Source: Laetmonice hystrix (lineage: Eukaryota). Taken from it: 64,000 nt of DNA. The number at the start of each line of letters is the position of its first letter. Position 1 is the first letter of the stretch. The notes under the pieces were generated by a model. The model was given only the letters and a program-made list of their open reading frames with translations. It was not told the DNA's origin and made no database searches. This document shows positions 20,889 through 33,378 of the stretch, piece by piece. Where the stretch lies: positions 11,160,001 through 11,224,000 of the forward strand of contig OZ249442.1 of the NCBI GenBank assembly GCA_965235115.1, in the 5' to 3' direction. A program made the position numbers and the translations under genes.

Positions 20889-20974
20889 CGGCAACGGTAA
20901 CGGTAACGGTAACGGTAACGGCAACGGTAACGGCAACGGTAACGGTAACGGCAACGGCAACGGTAACGGTAACG
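20889..20974. repeat. (ACGGTA/ACGGCA)n hexamer microsatellite, ~14 units
   Basis: Direct reading; it explains the VTVT/LPLP/RYRY ORFs in the track. Confidence 0.95.
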
Positions 20975-21498
20975 ACAATGTGGCGATAATAAACGGATCC
21001 GGCAATGCGTTTCGTTCGCACGCTGAGAGAGTACCATGAAAGGGTTTTGCCGGACGGGATGCATGCAGTGACGGCAAACAATCGCTTCTCGATTCTGAGT
21101 TTTGCCGGGTATCCGGATTGATGCGTTACCGGATGCCGTCGTCGTTGCCATCTCCGTGTGTACACACTGATTGGATTTTATTGTTAGCGAATGTCGTATT
21201 ATCGTTAGCCGTTCAGACGCTACATGTGCCCATGTCGAATGACCTGTAGGCCTATAGGCGCCGTATATACTTTATCCATCAAATACGACCGGAGGGCCAA
21301 CATGACGTCATAGACTGGACCAATTCTCCACCTTCCTATTAATAAGGCAATAAGAATTCATTTTTTTGATATTTCTCAGGCGATTCTACTGAGTCCACTA
21401 AATTAATGAGAAAGGTCTGACCTTTGAACTCTTTGAGCGGAGTCCAACGCAGTGATCATTGAAGCATAACGCGCAGCGACAGGAACAGCAGCAGCAGC

Positions 21499-21868
21499 NN
21501 NNNNNNNNNNNNNNNNNNNNNNNNNNNNNNNNNNNNNNNNNNNNNNNNNNNNNNNNNNNNNNNNNNNNNNNNNNNNNNNNNNNNNNNNNNNNNNNNNNNN
21601 NNNNNNNNNNNNNNNNNNNNNNNNNNNNNNNNNNNNNNNNNNNNNNNNNNNNNNNNNNNNNNNNNNNNNNNNNNNNNNNNNNNNNNNNNNNNNNNNNNNN
21701 NNNNNNNNNNNNNNNNNNNNNNNNNNNNNNNNNNNNNNNNNNNNNNNNNNNNNNNNNNNNNNNNNNNNNNNNNNNNNNNNNNNNNNNNNNNNNNNNNNNN
21801 NNNNNNNNNNNNNNNNNNNNNNNNNNNNNNNNNNNNNNNNNNNNNNNNNNNNNNNNNNNNNNNNNNNG
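21499..21868. other. Run of N (gap or hard-masked simple repeat)
   Basis: 370 N flanked by (CAG)n on the left and a purine-rich tract on the right. Confidence 0.95.
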
Positions 21869-22025
21869 AGGGAGAAAGAAGGTCCTCATAAATTACAAGT
21901 GATCACCTCAGGCCAGTGGCTGTCACCAGTTTACTCCTGTCATATAACTACACATAGAATATTGAAACGGTAATAAAAAGTGAAAGCTCCATAATATATT
22001 TAAGACGTAATCATAAGGAGCTTTA

Positions 22026-22236
22026 AGTGTGGAACGCACCAAGGTAATTCCCCTTGCGACGCCCATGCGATTTTGACATCACCCTTTTATTTTACTGTAA
22101 CTTTGAGATTAAAGGATAGAACCCATTTCCTGAAACGGAGAAGGCCAGCCAGGAAAAATTTCAGAGTGAAATTCCACCATTAAATAAAAAACCGCATGGC
22201 CGTCGCAAGGGGAATCGCCTTGGTGGGTTCAGCACT
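22026..22236. mobile_element. 211-bp MITE with ~50-bp TIRs, copy 1
   Basis: TIR consensus agtgctgaacccaccaaggcgattccccttgcgacg...; same length as and highly similar to 47346-47556; TTA on both flanks (22023-22025, 22237-22239). Confidence 0.85.
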
Positions 22237-23067
22237 TTATGATTATTGGTATATAAACCGTAGGATATTTTTGGCATTATGTAAGTTTATGGTAGGCCAT
22301 AGTAAACAAAAATATTAAATATGTATTGCGATAGAAGTGTGCATTCTCAGACTCGAGTCCTTTCGGCAATCTTCGACAATCTTCGTTCGTTCGAGGAAAG
22401 CACTCTCACAGATTACATATCACTCACGGCCCAAATAGGAACATGCGCGCCACCTCACTCGTTAGCTTACTACACCAGTGACATAAAGTAGGCCTAGGCC
22501 TATCGAAGAGGGGCATCAAGCAGTGATATTTCTTTATTTAAACTTACGCTGGGTGTTTGTCTTTCGATTAACCACCGGTTCGGTCATTGTCACGAGGACA
22601 TTCGTCATATAGCTTCTCAAAAGAAATAGACCTAGTTCGGCAAGCGGTGCCTGGTCCCCTGCGGCTTACCCAGGCTCCCGTGCAGGATCTGTGAGCGTTC
22701 ATTTCAGCAAATGGGCGCGAATGTGACCGTGGTGTGCTCACATTTCGATTAGTATAAGTAGCCTATCTTATATATGTCTATACACTCATTGTAATGGGCC
22801 ATCCCCACTCATGCATTTTCGGAATCGGCTGACCGACCGGCTAGCCGGCTTAGATCTCATGCAGGGATAAGGTCCTATACGTATCCATTTCTACCTATGG
22901 AATGATATCTAAAATCCCCAAAGAGCCTTAGTTGGTGTTATACACCAGGGATTGGAGTCACATAGGCCTACATATAATATATACATGTATAGACCCTCGA
23001 GCCTTATTTGAAACCTTTGGTATGAAGTTTTGACGACTCTGAATGGGTGCAAAATGTGTTTTGTTAA

Positions 23068-23418
23068 AGGGAATAGAAAGATTCCTCACTAACGTACCTT
23101 TGAACACCAGTAACACCATATAAAGTTCTAAGGTCACACCGATAAGTGGAACACTGTCAACGGCGACTTTTTAAAAATACCGCCCGGGTCATTCGCTATT
23201 TCCCACGCGAGACAGCGGGAGCTATATCTATTAATAGATTGAGATAAGGGCCAAATAGGGTAAACAAACGGACGAAGCCAGCGGGAGAATGTCTCTACAT
23301 TTCGGTTGATTATATTCCTTTAAATATTAAAGATCAGATAATCACAGAATTGTAGGTAAGAACAAGCTTGTTCATGCTGAACACCCTTATATTGATAGTT
23401 TGAACTTTTCTATTCCCT
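23068..23418. mobile_element. Kolobok-like MITE, 351 bp, TTAA TSD
   Basis: ttaa|AGGGAATAGAAA ... TTTCTATTCCCT|ttaa (12-bp perfect TIR, purine-purine termini). Confidence 0.78.
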
Positions 23419-25650
23419 TTAAGTGAAGTGGAAGTACACCTACATGTATATTAAATCATTGTATAAACCTACACGATTTAACCTTAAAGTGTTGGGCTAC
23501 ACGGAAGGGCAATCAAAGACCAAAGGTTGTTTGTGAGTTCTTCAAGGAAAACGTAAAACGACTATTTACATGACGGAATATGTCTTTATAAAAGGTCCAC
23601 TATCGAACTCTGGCCGTTAAACCGAACCCCGTCGTGGGGTTACCAAGTTCACACAGACCCATTTATATTCTTCTTATTGATACTTAATCTATTCCCTTCG
23701 ACTTTAGAGTAAGCAGAGTAAGCATCTATACACTACATGAACCGCCTACCATTTACGTGAGGACTTGAACCACGTCAGTGCTGTCATTTAGAGAGAGCAT
23801 TATATGTCGTTAGCTCATAGTCCACAATGAACAAGATGTCACGCGTGCCACTCAGGCCGGTAGAGGGCACCAATAAAATAGACACGCTGAATATGCAGGT
23901 ATATGCCAAAATGGTTTATAGCTCCATAGCTCACCCAAATTACCTGGTCATTAGTCGACATATGTTTCACAATGGACTGGAGTTATGGGCTCAAGTTTCT
24001 GACATAGTCCAACGTGCGTCAGAGGGTGCGAATGTTACGACACCGACAATCGTCGTCATTGACCCTGCAGGCGAGAGGTCATCGCGAGTCTTTGGGGTCG
24101 AAGCCAGCCCAACAACAACAAAAATCCTTCTAATAGAGAGAGGTTCGCGCCTATCTTTTTATAGTACGGTATACAAGCAGTGGACACATCTCGGCTGGAG
24201 TGAAAAGGGACCGAGAAAGGACGGCTCCAAGACGGCTCCAAGAAATGGGTCAAGGTCGCTCTCATCTCCATGGTAGCGGCCTAAGGGCACTCAACACAAA
24301 ACTACGACTTTTATCAGTCATTCAGTCTGTTTCTTTAAAACAGTACTTGGCTAGTTGTTGAAGGGTTTTGCATGTGGCGACCTATACTGGACCTCCAGCG
24401 ATTGTTACAAGGTCGGAGGTAAACATGTCTGCCCCAACATAATTCTCCTGCAAGACTCGATCCACACAGCTGTTCAATGCATCGCAGAAGAATTCGGTTT
24501 GGTTGGTCACGTCCCGTGTACCAGGCCTGATTTGATCACAATCCTCGACTAGGATTGGATAGTCGATTTATCTGTCACATTATATAACTATTTCAAGACA
24601 AGGCATCTTTATCCTAGCTTTTATTGTCAAATCGATATTAGTATATCACGAGCTCACAAATATATCATACGATGTGTACGTCGTAGGCCTATAGCCTACC
24701 ACGTATGTACGCCAGCAGACAATTCGAAGTCAACCTGTACCAATCCGTGATCACGTGACCTGTTGACCGGGTCATGACCGCGGTCACACTGCTGGCTGGC
24801 ACGCTCCATGTGACCTCGACGCACCAGGAGGGACAAAATGATCAGCCAGAATCTCACCTCCGCGAGACCCCCGCGAGACCTCCGTCCCAGTCCGGAGGCA
24901 ATTGTGGTGGCATACCTTCATCGACACGGGCATAGTTGGGGGTGGGGGGCTAATGGATGCCTCCCCCTATAGAGAATGTGGGGGATGGCATAATCACCCT
25001 CCCACTCCGACACACCGGTAATCGATGATGGTTGGAACCAGTCAGACCAGTTGACCGTGGACAGTTGGTTCCGATGTGTATCGTCTTGTTCTAAGCAACA
25101 ACGGACCATCAGCCGTCAAAACAACTAAATAGTAGCCAAAGTAAACGATTCAGAGAACACGCCGGAAGTCCAAGCAGGACGCTGGCGTTCGAGTGACACC
25201 TGAGAGGTCCAAGGCTCCGTCCATGACCTCGACGTCGACAATGGGAAAGGGCAGCTATAAAAAGATCCAAGGGGCGTCTATACACGCTGTTACTATTACT
25301 AGTTCATTATCTTTGTCATCAGCAGTGGAAATGAAATCAAGAAATGTTTCGTCTTCGCCTGAATGAGCCCTTTGACAGGTTTACGATAGTAAAGAAAACT
25401 GTGGGGTACATGGTCTCTCAGCACGTCAATAAAACGTCATGGGCTGGAATCATACAACACCTCGGTCTCCCGCCGAGACGATGACCAAGAGCGACGTGGG
25501 CCCTCGAACCCGTGCAGTTTGATGCAGTCGGTCTGTAACGGAGCAAAGTTAAAGAGATCGCCACATTGGTCCCTGTGAGAAGAAAACCATGGCCACCAAA
25601 TGAGTTTTCTCAAGTCCTGTACACTCCAACTTGTCAACCGTGGTCCACAT

Positions 25651-25793
25651 GACAAGTCCCCTCCCTTAGCTGGCGCAGTGACGGGGTCGTCAGACATCAG
25701 ACAAGTCCCCTCCCTTAGCTGGCGCAGTGACGGGGCCGTCACACATCAGACAAGTCCCCTCCCTCAGCTGGCGCAGTGACGGGGCCGTCAGAC
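25651..25793. repeat. 49-bp tandem repeat x3 followed directly by TATATAA
   Basis: Unit gacaagtcccctcccttagctggcgcagtgacggggccgtcacacatca at 25651, 25700, 25749; TATATAA at 25794-25800. Confidence 0.9.
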
Positions 25794-28700
25794 TATATAA
25801 GGAATGCTTTCTTTCAAATCATTGACGACGTGCACCTCACCCCCTTCTCCAGACAGGCTAAACCCCCAAGATCACTGGTTGGGACCCATATACCTCACAT
25901 CACTCTGATTTCTACCCATAAGATTCCTATAATCCAAGACCCTAAAGGAAACATTGGTTGCCCAGTCCTGCCTGACATCGTTGAAGTTTGTGCGGCAGGC
26001 CACGAGTTGCCATTTAGTGATTCGACATTGATGTGTGCTTAGACTGAGGTGTATGTGACATTTAGAAAACTAAGTTAACGAGATCCAACCCTACATCTAT
26101 GACCTTTAACACATGCTATGGGCCCAAATAAATTATATGCAATCTGAGTACAGCTTTCTTAATGCCGAACACGAAACCACTTGTTGAAAAGAAATAACTC
26201 ATGTCAACATGGACGTGAACAAATGGTTCGTTACAGTAGAGGTAATCAAAACCACAAAAATAAATGTCGTAACGCCAACTTCTCAGTCCTCAGACCTTTA
26301 GCTTACTCTGGGTACACTATTTATATCCTTAGTCAAGTAAAAAGGTGACAGTGACCCTTCCCCTAAACGTAACAGACCACAACCAATGGACCCTAGCAGT
26401 CATAGAAAGTATGTTTTAGAAGGTAACGGTGGCTATGAACCTTGCCAACACTAGAGCAACTTTGGCCGGCAAGGAGACATTTTGAAGAATCCATTGCACT
26501 GAATCGATGTTTCAAAACGCCATTGGATGCTAGTTAAGAGGCGGATCCAGGATTTCTAAAGGGGGGGGGGGGCTAAGGAGAAATTCTGGTAACAAAGAGG
26601 ACAAAAGGAGCAACTGAGAACCCTCCTAGCAAGTTGGTCCACGACGCATGATTGGTTTCCATCTTAGAAAAGAGGAGTGATCGTTCTGCTTCTTCAACAG
26701 AGCGATGTGTTACGGCTCTGTTTAGCTCTAACATGAACATAGACTACGGTACAGTCCCACTCATGTCAGCGATTTTTTAACGATAGAACACCAGCAGTTT
26801 TTCCCCTTATCACAGAGCAGTTGTTTATGTTACTTCTTACGCTCATAATTACGTGCCACTGATCTGTCTTTTATCCAGTGATATCTTTAAAGATCGCAGG
26901 AAATCATTAACACAATCAGAGGACATCCTTGATGACCGCTTTACTATCTCTTCAAGGTCACTTTGAGGGCTCCGAGAGGAAATCATTATCGCTTAGATTA
27001 GCACGAACTTTGAATGCGTCACAGTAAATTGGTGTCTCTCTTTGAGCATGCGCGTACACTGAGCCGATATCGGGAGCGTTCCACACATTTCCAACTATCG
27101 GAAATGGTCCACGTTATATTGTTGTGCTCGATGTACAAATGTGAACAGCATGTGTTCAGAGCGTTCAGACACCGTTTAAGAGTTGGAACCAGATTCCTGT
27201 GGGCAGGCCGACATCCCAGGGGCGCGTTAACATGACCCTTATCAGTGCACACCCTGACAAGTGTACAGTCTGCTGTCAGCAAAACCATGTAGGCCTCATT
27301 GCTGACTGAGGCATGGTGACGTCTTTTTATTACAACCCATCATCATTAGAACCCACTTCAGGCATGCCATGAAAATTGGAACCGGGTTTTTAAAAACTGG
27401 ATAAGATCAGTTGAATTAGGGATCCCGAAGAACCCTTTTTCTCGTTCTTGGTACGGTGATGTTATCTACCAGTAAACGATATGTATCACGTAAAACTTGT
27501 GCTACTCCTTTGCGGGCATATTCTAGTTGAAGTTTTCTTGACACTTGTCAGTTCTGAGCACTGTCCCATTCGGCGTACTCATTATATTGTTCTCCTCCTG
27601 CGGCTGATTCAGGGAAAGTAACCTTCAACCAGGCTGAGGCGAATTCAACAACAAAAAAACAAAAAGAAAGAAAACAACCCAAAACAGAGTTATCATCTTC
27701 TACAATACGTTCCATGCTAGTGGAAACAGGACATCGTTTCAGTTTCGGCATCTTTGGATGATTCATTGATACAACCGTAATGTTGGCCTACGTTCTATAA
27801 TTTATATTTCGGCGTCGTGCGTCGAAGTGACCCTGGAAATGCCAATCATCTTGAGACCACACACTCGTTAATGAACTGATATGAACTATATCGTGCGACA
27901 CAGGTGCACTTCATGGCGTTCCTCATCTGGCCTTTTTTCCACCTGTGATGAATTGACATACACAGCTGGCCCAACGGCAAAGTTTAATATGACATCTACT
28001 GGGAAAGAAACGCGCCAAGATGGATGACTTGTCAGTAAGTCTTACATATACGATGGCAGTTATGTGGTAAAGGTTTTGGCCACATGTAATCTGACAGAAT
28101 ATATATAGCAGATGATGTATACGATAAGCATGCATCACTTTGACGTTTGAGTATCTGTGTACTTTCTGAACATATATGGAGGGCATTTTGTTCATATTGT
28201 TTACCGTCCCCCATTGTGTCAGAACAGGATTACGCAATTTCTGTCGGTACTTTGCCAAGTAGTGTCTTACACAGGAATACGCTAGTTTTATTATTCTGGA
28301 CAGAGCTCGAGTGCACGTTACAAATGGAAGTAAACAATAAACCGATGTTGCACAAAGAGTACAAGTTATAGGCATTTTAATATTAAAAGCCAATAATTAA
28401 GGTAGGATAGTCTACTGATTTTGAAAATAGTTAAATGAGATTTCCTTTAATGCATGCATGTAATTGTTGTTTTACGCTGTCTAAACTGTTGACAATAGGC
28501 ACCCGTCAGGCACTTAAAGACCTTTGTACAAAGTCATCTCACTCTAATGGCGCAGTTGGCCTAACATTTTCTCAGATGATGGAACATCAATGTTCACAGA
28601 GATCACAATTATAAGACGTGCATATAGCTTAAAATAATACGATTCAACTTAAACAAAAAGGTATTACACTAATACACAGGTACCAAGGAGGTCACGTAAC

Positions 28701-29663
28701 AAACTTAGGCATCTAGTAGTGAGAATAGAATAGGCAGCCTATTTATATAATCGTAGATCTAAGCCCTCATTGCATGGGGCTATATACGTTTAAACCAATA
28801 TCGATACAAGCATACCGTGTCAATAACATTAACACACACTCTTATACATTTACACTGAGACAAGATAACATAATGCAGATTTTGAACTTTACACACCCTT
28901 CTGCCATAAGGCCTAAAGGAACCTAATGAATATGAATGCGACGTGAGTGTTTGGTGTCACAGGAACTAACTCCACGCCGGGGCATGACATACAAGCGTCA
29001 CTCTTGGTGTAGGTATATGTGTCCAGCGATATATAATTTGTCAACTGTTTTGCACTAAGGCACCTTGGCTTGTAGCCCAGGACCCCTGGATCTAGTGGAC
29101 AGGCTTCACGACCACCCAGAGATCACCAACCTAGGGATTGTTTAATGTTGACAAAGGCCCGGTCAAGCCGCTATCTAAGTGCAAATAAATCGTTCTCTAG
29201 TGTTGTAATATGCATGAGTTTATAGCCCTTGTTACTAATTACGCCTGCACTGATATTTTTGTAGACCTATGCATGTGGACATAGGCTGTGCATAGGCTTA
29301 GAATCTATGCCTTCTATTATCATAATTATTGGTGGCCCTAATAATTCTAAAAATCTGCTTTAAAGTGTGTAGGCCTATAGTGCATGCGTATACGAGTATA
29401 GGGCCTACATAGGCAGCTTTAGGAAGTAGGCATAGTGGTCTAGGCCTACATGGTCACATGCTACACATACAGGCCCCCTATATAGCTTATAAGCATAGGC
29501 CATAGGCCTCCTAAAAATTTTATTTCAATGTTGTTTTGAAAAAAAAATCTCTTCCTGACGTCCATTCTCGTTCTTTTATAGACCTAATTGGCCCCCTTAA
29601 CCTTCAGGTTAGTAGGCCCAGGCATGTTTTTCTTTTGTCCTGGCCATATATATTTGGCCTCAC

Positions 29664-29881
29664 TGACGGCCGATTCCTCGCGCGGCTAAGATGACGCGCT
29701 TGACGTTGCGTCGTCCATTAGTACGTCACGCACTTCCGGTCCACATTCGCCTGACGTGACCATTTAAAGTTGCGTGGCAGCGACACCTCAGCCTCGCAAT
29801 GGGACACTGCATGGCCCTGCGAGCCGGGTTTAGCTGCAAGCCGAAATACACCCTCAGCTTCCACAGATTGCTGCCGTAAGG
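29664..29881 (+). promoter_or_regulatory. CpG-rich promoter-like segment with possible short first exon
   Basis: Five TGACG/CGTCA half-sites at 29664-29756, ETS core ACTTCCGG 29732-29739, ATG 29799, donor-like CC|gtaagg at 29875. Confidence 0.3.
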
Positions 29882-30700
29882 ATAGCCGGGATACCAAGAT
29901 GAAGTCAAGTAGCGGAGAGCACGTCTTACATGCGGTCACCCTCACTTACCACATTCCCACTCTTGCTCGTAGATCGAGTCTCCCTTCCCTAATGGCCTCA
30001 GAAGCAGTAGACCTTACCCATGCTCCATCTCCTAGGAATGAGACCCGGGGTAGAGTAGGAGGCATGCCGTGAAGAAGGGATATAAAAAAATCCATAACCC
30101 TTCAGAAAAACTCCCCCCACGACCCATGCATGCAAGCATCTGGATTGAAAAAATAACAGACAGGGGCCACAGGCCCCTATCGTTTATGTTTAGCTCGCGG
30201 TTGTGAATGGCGTTGAACATAGGGGGGCCTAGTTTATGTCGGTAATGAATTGGCTTTTATTAAAAATACGATTACATAAGAAAGCTTCTTGGGGGAAGTG
30301 CGGTAGTGTCCATTATCTGGTAGGAGGTGTAGGGTACGCCCTATACTGACGTTGATACCCCCGACCCCCCCCCCCCCTACACACACCGTGGTCGACCCTT
30401 GAGGTGGGCTCCTGAAGGAAGCCTAGGGAGGTTCAGTGCCAACCGGCCATCCACTTCGGCCCGCCAGGCCTTTCGTACTCTCCGGTCACGTTCGGGTCTC
30501 CAAGTTTAATCTCAAAACGTAAGTACGATCAACCGTTTATCTGTTTAGATTTTTTGCTATCTCTTATTGCACTCAGATTTAGTTTGAATATTGTTATGGT
30601 ACAGTTTCGTTGGGTATACGCAAATGTATAGCTCTTCAAAAACAGACTTCAATGAGATCAACGATATAGTATGATTTCAGCGTTAGTTGTAAAGTCATAC

Positions 30701-30771
30701 ACTACTGGCTGCAGGATTTATAAGGTTTATGTGACTACTGGCTGCAGGATTTATAAGGTTTATGTGACTAC
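30701..30771. repeat. 33-bp tandem duplication
   Basis: actactggctgcaggatttataaggtttatgtg x2. Confidence 0.9.
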
Positions 30772-31225
30772 CACATAATCTCAGTTCATCAGAACTGAGC
30801 ATGTGGATATTAAGGCAGTCCATACGTGGCTTGCTGACATCTGTATTTGGTTTAGATATAAGTATGAGTATAGCCTTGGTGTATCTAGTTCATGATACAA
30901 GAACTGAGCGGAATTCCTACAGTGTGAAATACCGTACGGCTCTCCTCGTATATAAATCTGCAATTTTGGTCGGAATTCCTCGAATACATGTATACGTATT
31001 TATAGCGCTAAAGCCCGGCGGGAGCCGTTCTCAGGCGGCATCACAAGTCGCCATCTAATATATACAAAACTCATGCGTGATTTTTAGCAGTTCCATTGCA
31101 GGTCCATTTCTGGGGTAACCAAAATTAAACCTTCCAGCGTTGTCAGTCATCCGTGACGCGTTTACTCTATCAGCGGGAGAAGTCTGGGATGGTTTATAGG
31201 TGCCGTTAGTCTAGTTAAATCCATA

Positions 31226-31408
31226 GGCCCGGTTTCTTGAAAATACTTAAGTCTGAGTTTCGCTCAAATCCACTCAACTCAGGAATGGCGCCAAAATGAA
31301 ATGAAATGCAAGATTCACACTGGCTAAAAAGTTCTTTGTAAAGCCTGACTCTCAGTTGAGTAGATTTGAGTTAAACTCAGACTTCAGTATTTTCGAGAAA
31401 CCGGGCCC
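31226..31408. mobile_element. PIF/Harbinger-like MITE, ~183 bp, 54-bp TIRs
   Basis: 31226-31279 vs reverse complement of 31354-31407: 5 mismatches in 54; GGCCCGG termini; TAA on the right flank, left flank eroded to TA. Confidence 0.82.
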
Positions 31409-31504
31409 TAACCTTCTAACGTGGGCAGGTGTAGAAGTAGAAATAGGTGCCGTTAGTCTAGTTAAATCCCCTAATCTTCTAACATGGGCAGGTGTAGAAG
31501 CAGG

Positions 31505-31665
31505 TGTCAAGGCGGATTGTTGGGCTCTAGGATTTATCAAGGCGGATCGATGGGCTCTAGGATTTGTCAAGGCGGCTCGTTGGGCTCTAGGATTTGTCAA
31601 GGCGGCTCGTTGGGCTCTAGGATTTGTCAAGGCGGCTCGTTGGGCTCTAGGATTTGTCAAGGCGG
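31505..31665. repeat. 30-bp tandem repeat, ~5.3 copies
   Basis: Unit tgtcaaggcggctcgttgggctctaggatt. Confidence 0.93.
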
Positions 31666-31684
31666 GCCGTGGTATGCCGTGGTG

Positions 31685-31860
31685 GGGGTTGTTTGGATTT
31701 GAATAGGGGTTTGATTTTTATATCGGGGCAATCGAGTTCTGACCAGTGGAGGGGGCAGAGTACCCGTAGAAAACCACCGGCGTGGCAGGTCACTGACAAA
31801 CATGCCGCTCGAACGGGATTGAAGATGAGCGATCCCGTGGGGACGAGACCTTATACGACT
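31685..31860 (-). mobile_element. Degenerate SINE remnant related to 51383-51621
   Basis: gtggagggggcagagtacccgtagaaaaccaccggcgtggcaggtcactgacaaac aligns by eye with gtggaggaaagcggagtacccggaggaaaccaccggc...ctgactgacaaac. Confidence 0.6.
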
Positions 31861-32666
31861 CCACCGCGGCCTCCCGACAGGGGTGGACCTATGTTATCCG
31901 GTGTTGGGCGACACAAGGCGAGCTATACCGAAGTTTACCGAGCATGGCGGGGGTTGGGTTATACTTACACTGTCGACGTCCAGCGACGATTCGCGCACAT
32001 GCAAGTATTGTCAGTCAAACGTCAGAGACATATGACCTTTCCAAGAAGGTGACGATTTGCAATTAATTCCAAATGTTTGAACTTGTTTTTCTCTTATTAC
32101 ACCCACGATGTGTTTGTTTCAATAACATTATAACACCCCGGGTTTAATTCGTGCCAGCTGTAGTCAAAGTTCATGTTACCGCCATAAGTTCATGGCTGAG
32201 AAAAGGTCATCAGATGCATATTTAACCAATAACCCTACGAAACGCTGAACAACTATTAAATGCGAACCCCTACCGTTCCGCTTCACACCCACACCCCCGG
32301 CACACACACCCACACCCACACACACACCTACGCAAGGAAATGCACAGTACCGACGAGAGGTGCAGAAGTAGGCTAACGACCTCGTGAGATTTAAAAAAAA
32401 ATTGAAATCATAGAATCAGCCAATCAGAAACATTCACCATAATCAAGAAGACTAAGTTTTGAGAGAAAAAAACGGCCTCGAATCTGAACCCAGGCAGGAG
32501 TCATGCTGTAATTACGGACTCGCTGACCCCTCATCGATTCGTACCGATATTCCGTCCAAGGTCACGCCAAAGGTCAGGCCAGGCGGCCTGGTCCGGCGCA
32601 CTCTCAACGGAGTAGTTTGGCACCGTATCAGGGCCTGTCGTACGGGTGTTAAAATCAAGGCGCTAA

Positions 32667-33378
32667 ACCACCTCCAGGTGCCAGCATGCAGGCACCTCTA
32701 GACCACCTCCAGGTGTCAGCATGCAGGCACCTCCAGACCACCTCCAGGTGCCAGCATGCAGACACCTCCAGACCACCTCCAGGTGCCAGCATGCAGGCAC
32801 CTTCAGACCACCTCTAGGTGTCAGCATGCAGACACCTCCAGACCACCTCCAGGTGCCAGCATGCAGACACCTCTAGACCACCTCCAGGTGCCAGCATGCA
32901 GCCACCTCTAGACCACCTCTAGGTGTCAGCATGCAGGCACCTCCAGGTGCCAGCATGCAGGCACCTCCAGACCACCTCCAGGTGCCAGCATGCAGCCACC
33001 TCTAGACCACCTCCAGGTGCCAGCATGCAGACACCTCCAGACCACCTCCAGGTGCCAGCATGCAGCCACCTCTAGACCACCTCCAGGTGCCAGCATGCAG
33101 ACACCTCCAGACCACCTCCAGGTGCCAGCATGCAGCCACCTCTAGACCACCTCTAGGTGTCAGCATGCAGGCACCTCCAGACCACCTCCAGGTGTCAGCA
33201 TGCAGGCACCTCCAGACCACCTCCAGGTGTCAGCATGCAGACACCTCTAGACCACCTCCAGGTGTCAGCATGCAGCCACCTCTAGACCACCTCCAGGTGC
33301 CAGCATGCAGGTACCTTCAGACCACCTCCAGGTGCCAGCATGCAGACACCTCCAGACGCCAGCATGCAGGCACCTCCA
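32667..33378. repeat. 35-bp tandem repeat, ~20 copies, each with an internal inverted repeat
   Basis: Unit accacctccaggtgccagcatgcaggcacctccag; period 32667->32702. Confidence 0.96.

Noticed and set aside
20789-21165. VTVT/LPLP/RYRY ORFs
   Set aside because: Translations of a hexamer microsatellite.
21398-21902. Poly-X ORFs across N runs (also 58374-59039, 60908-61144)
   Set aside because: Artefacts of unknown bases.
21869-21950. SDHLRPVAVTSLL resembling the LINE RT motif YRPVALTS
   Set aside because: Only ~13 residues next to an N gap, with no further RT motifs.
23827-24276. 149-aa plus ORF
   Set aside because: No recognisable domain, codon or splice support.
27548-27960. Possible minus-strand exons (…GGEQYNEYAEWDSAQN*)
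   Set aside because: No consistent splice chain or homology could be built.
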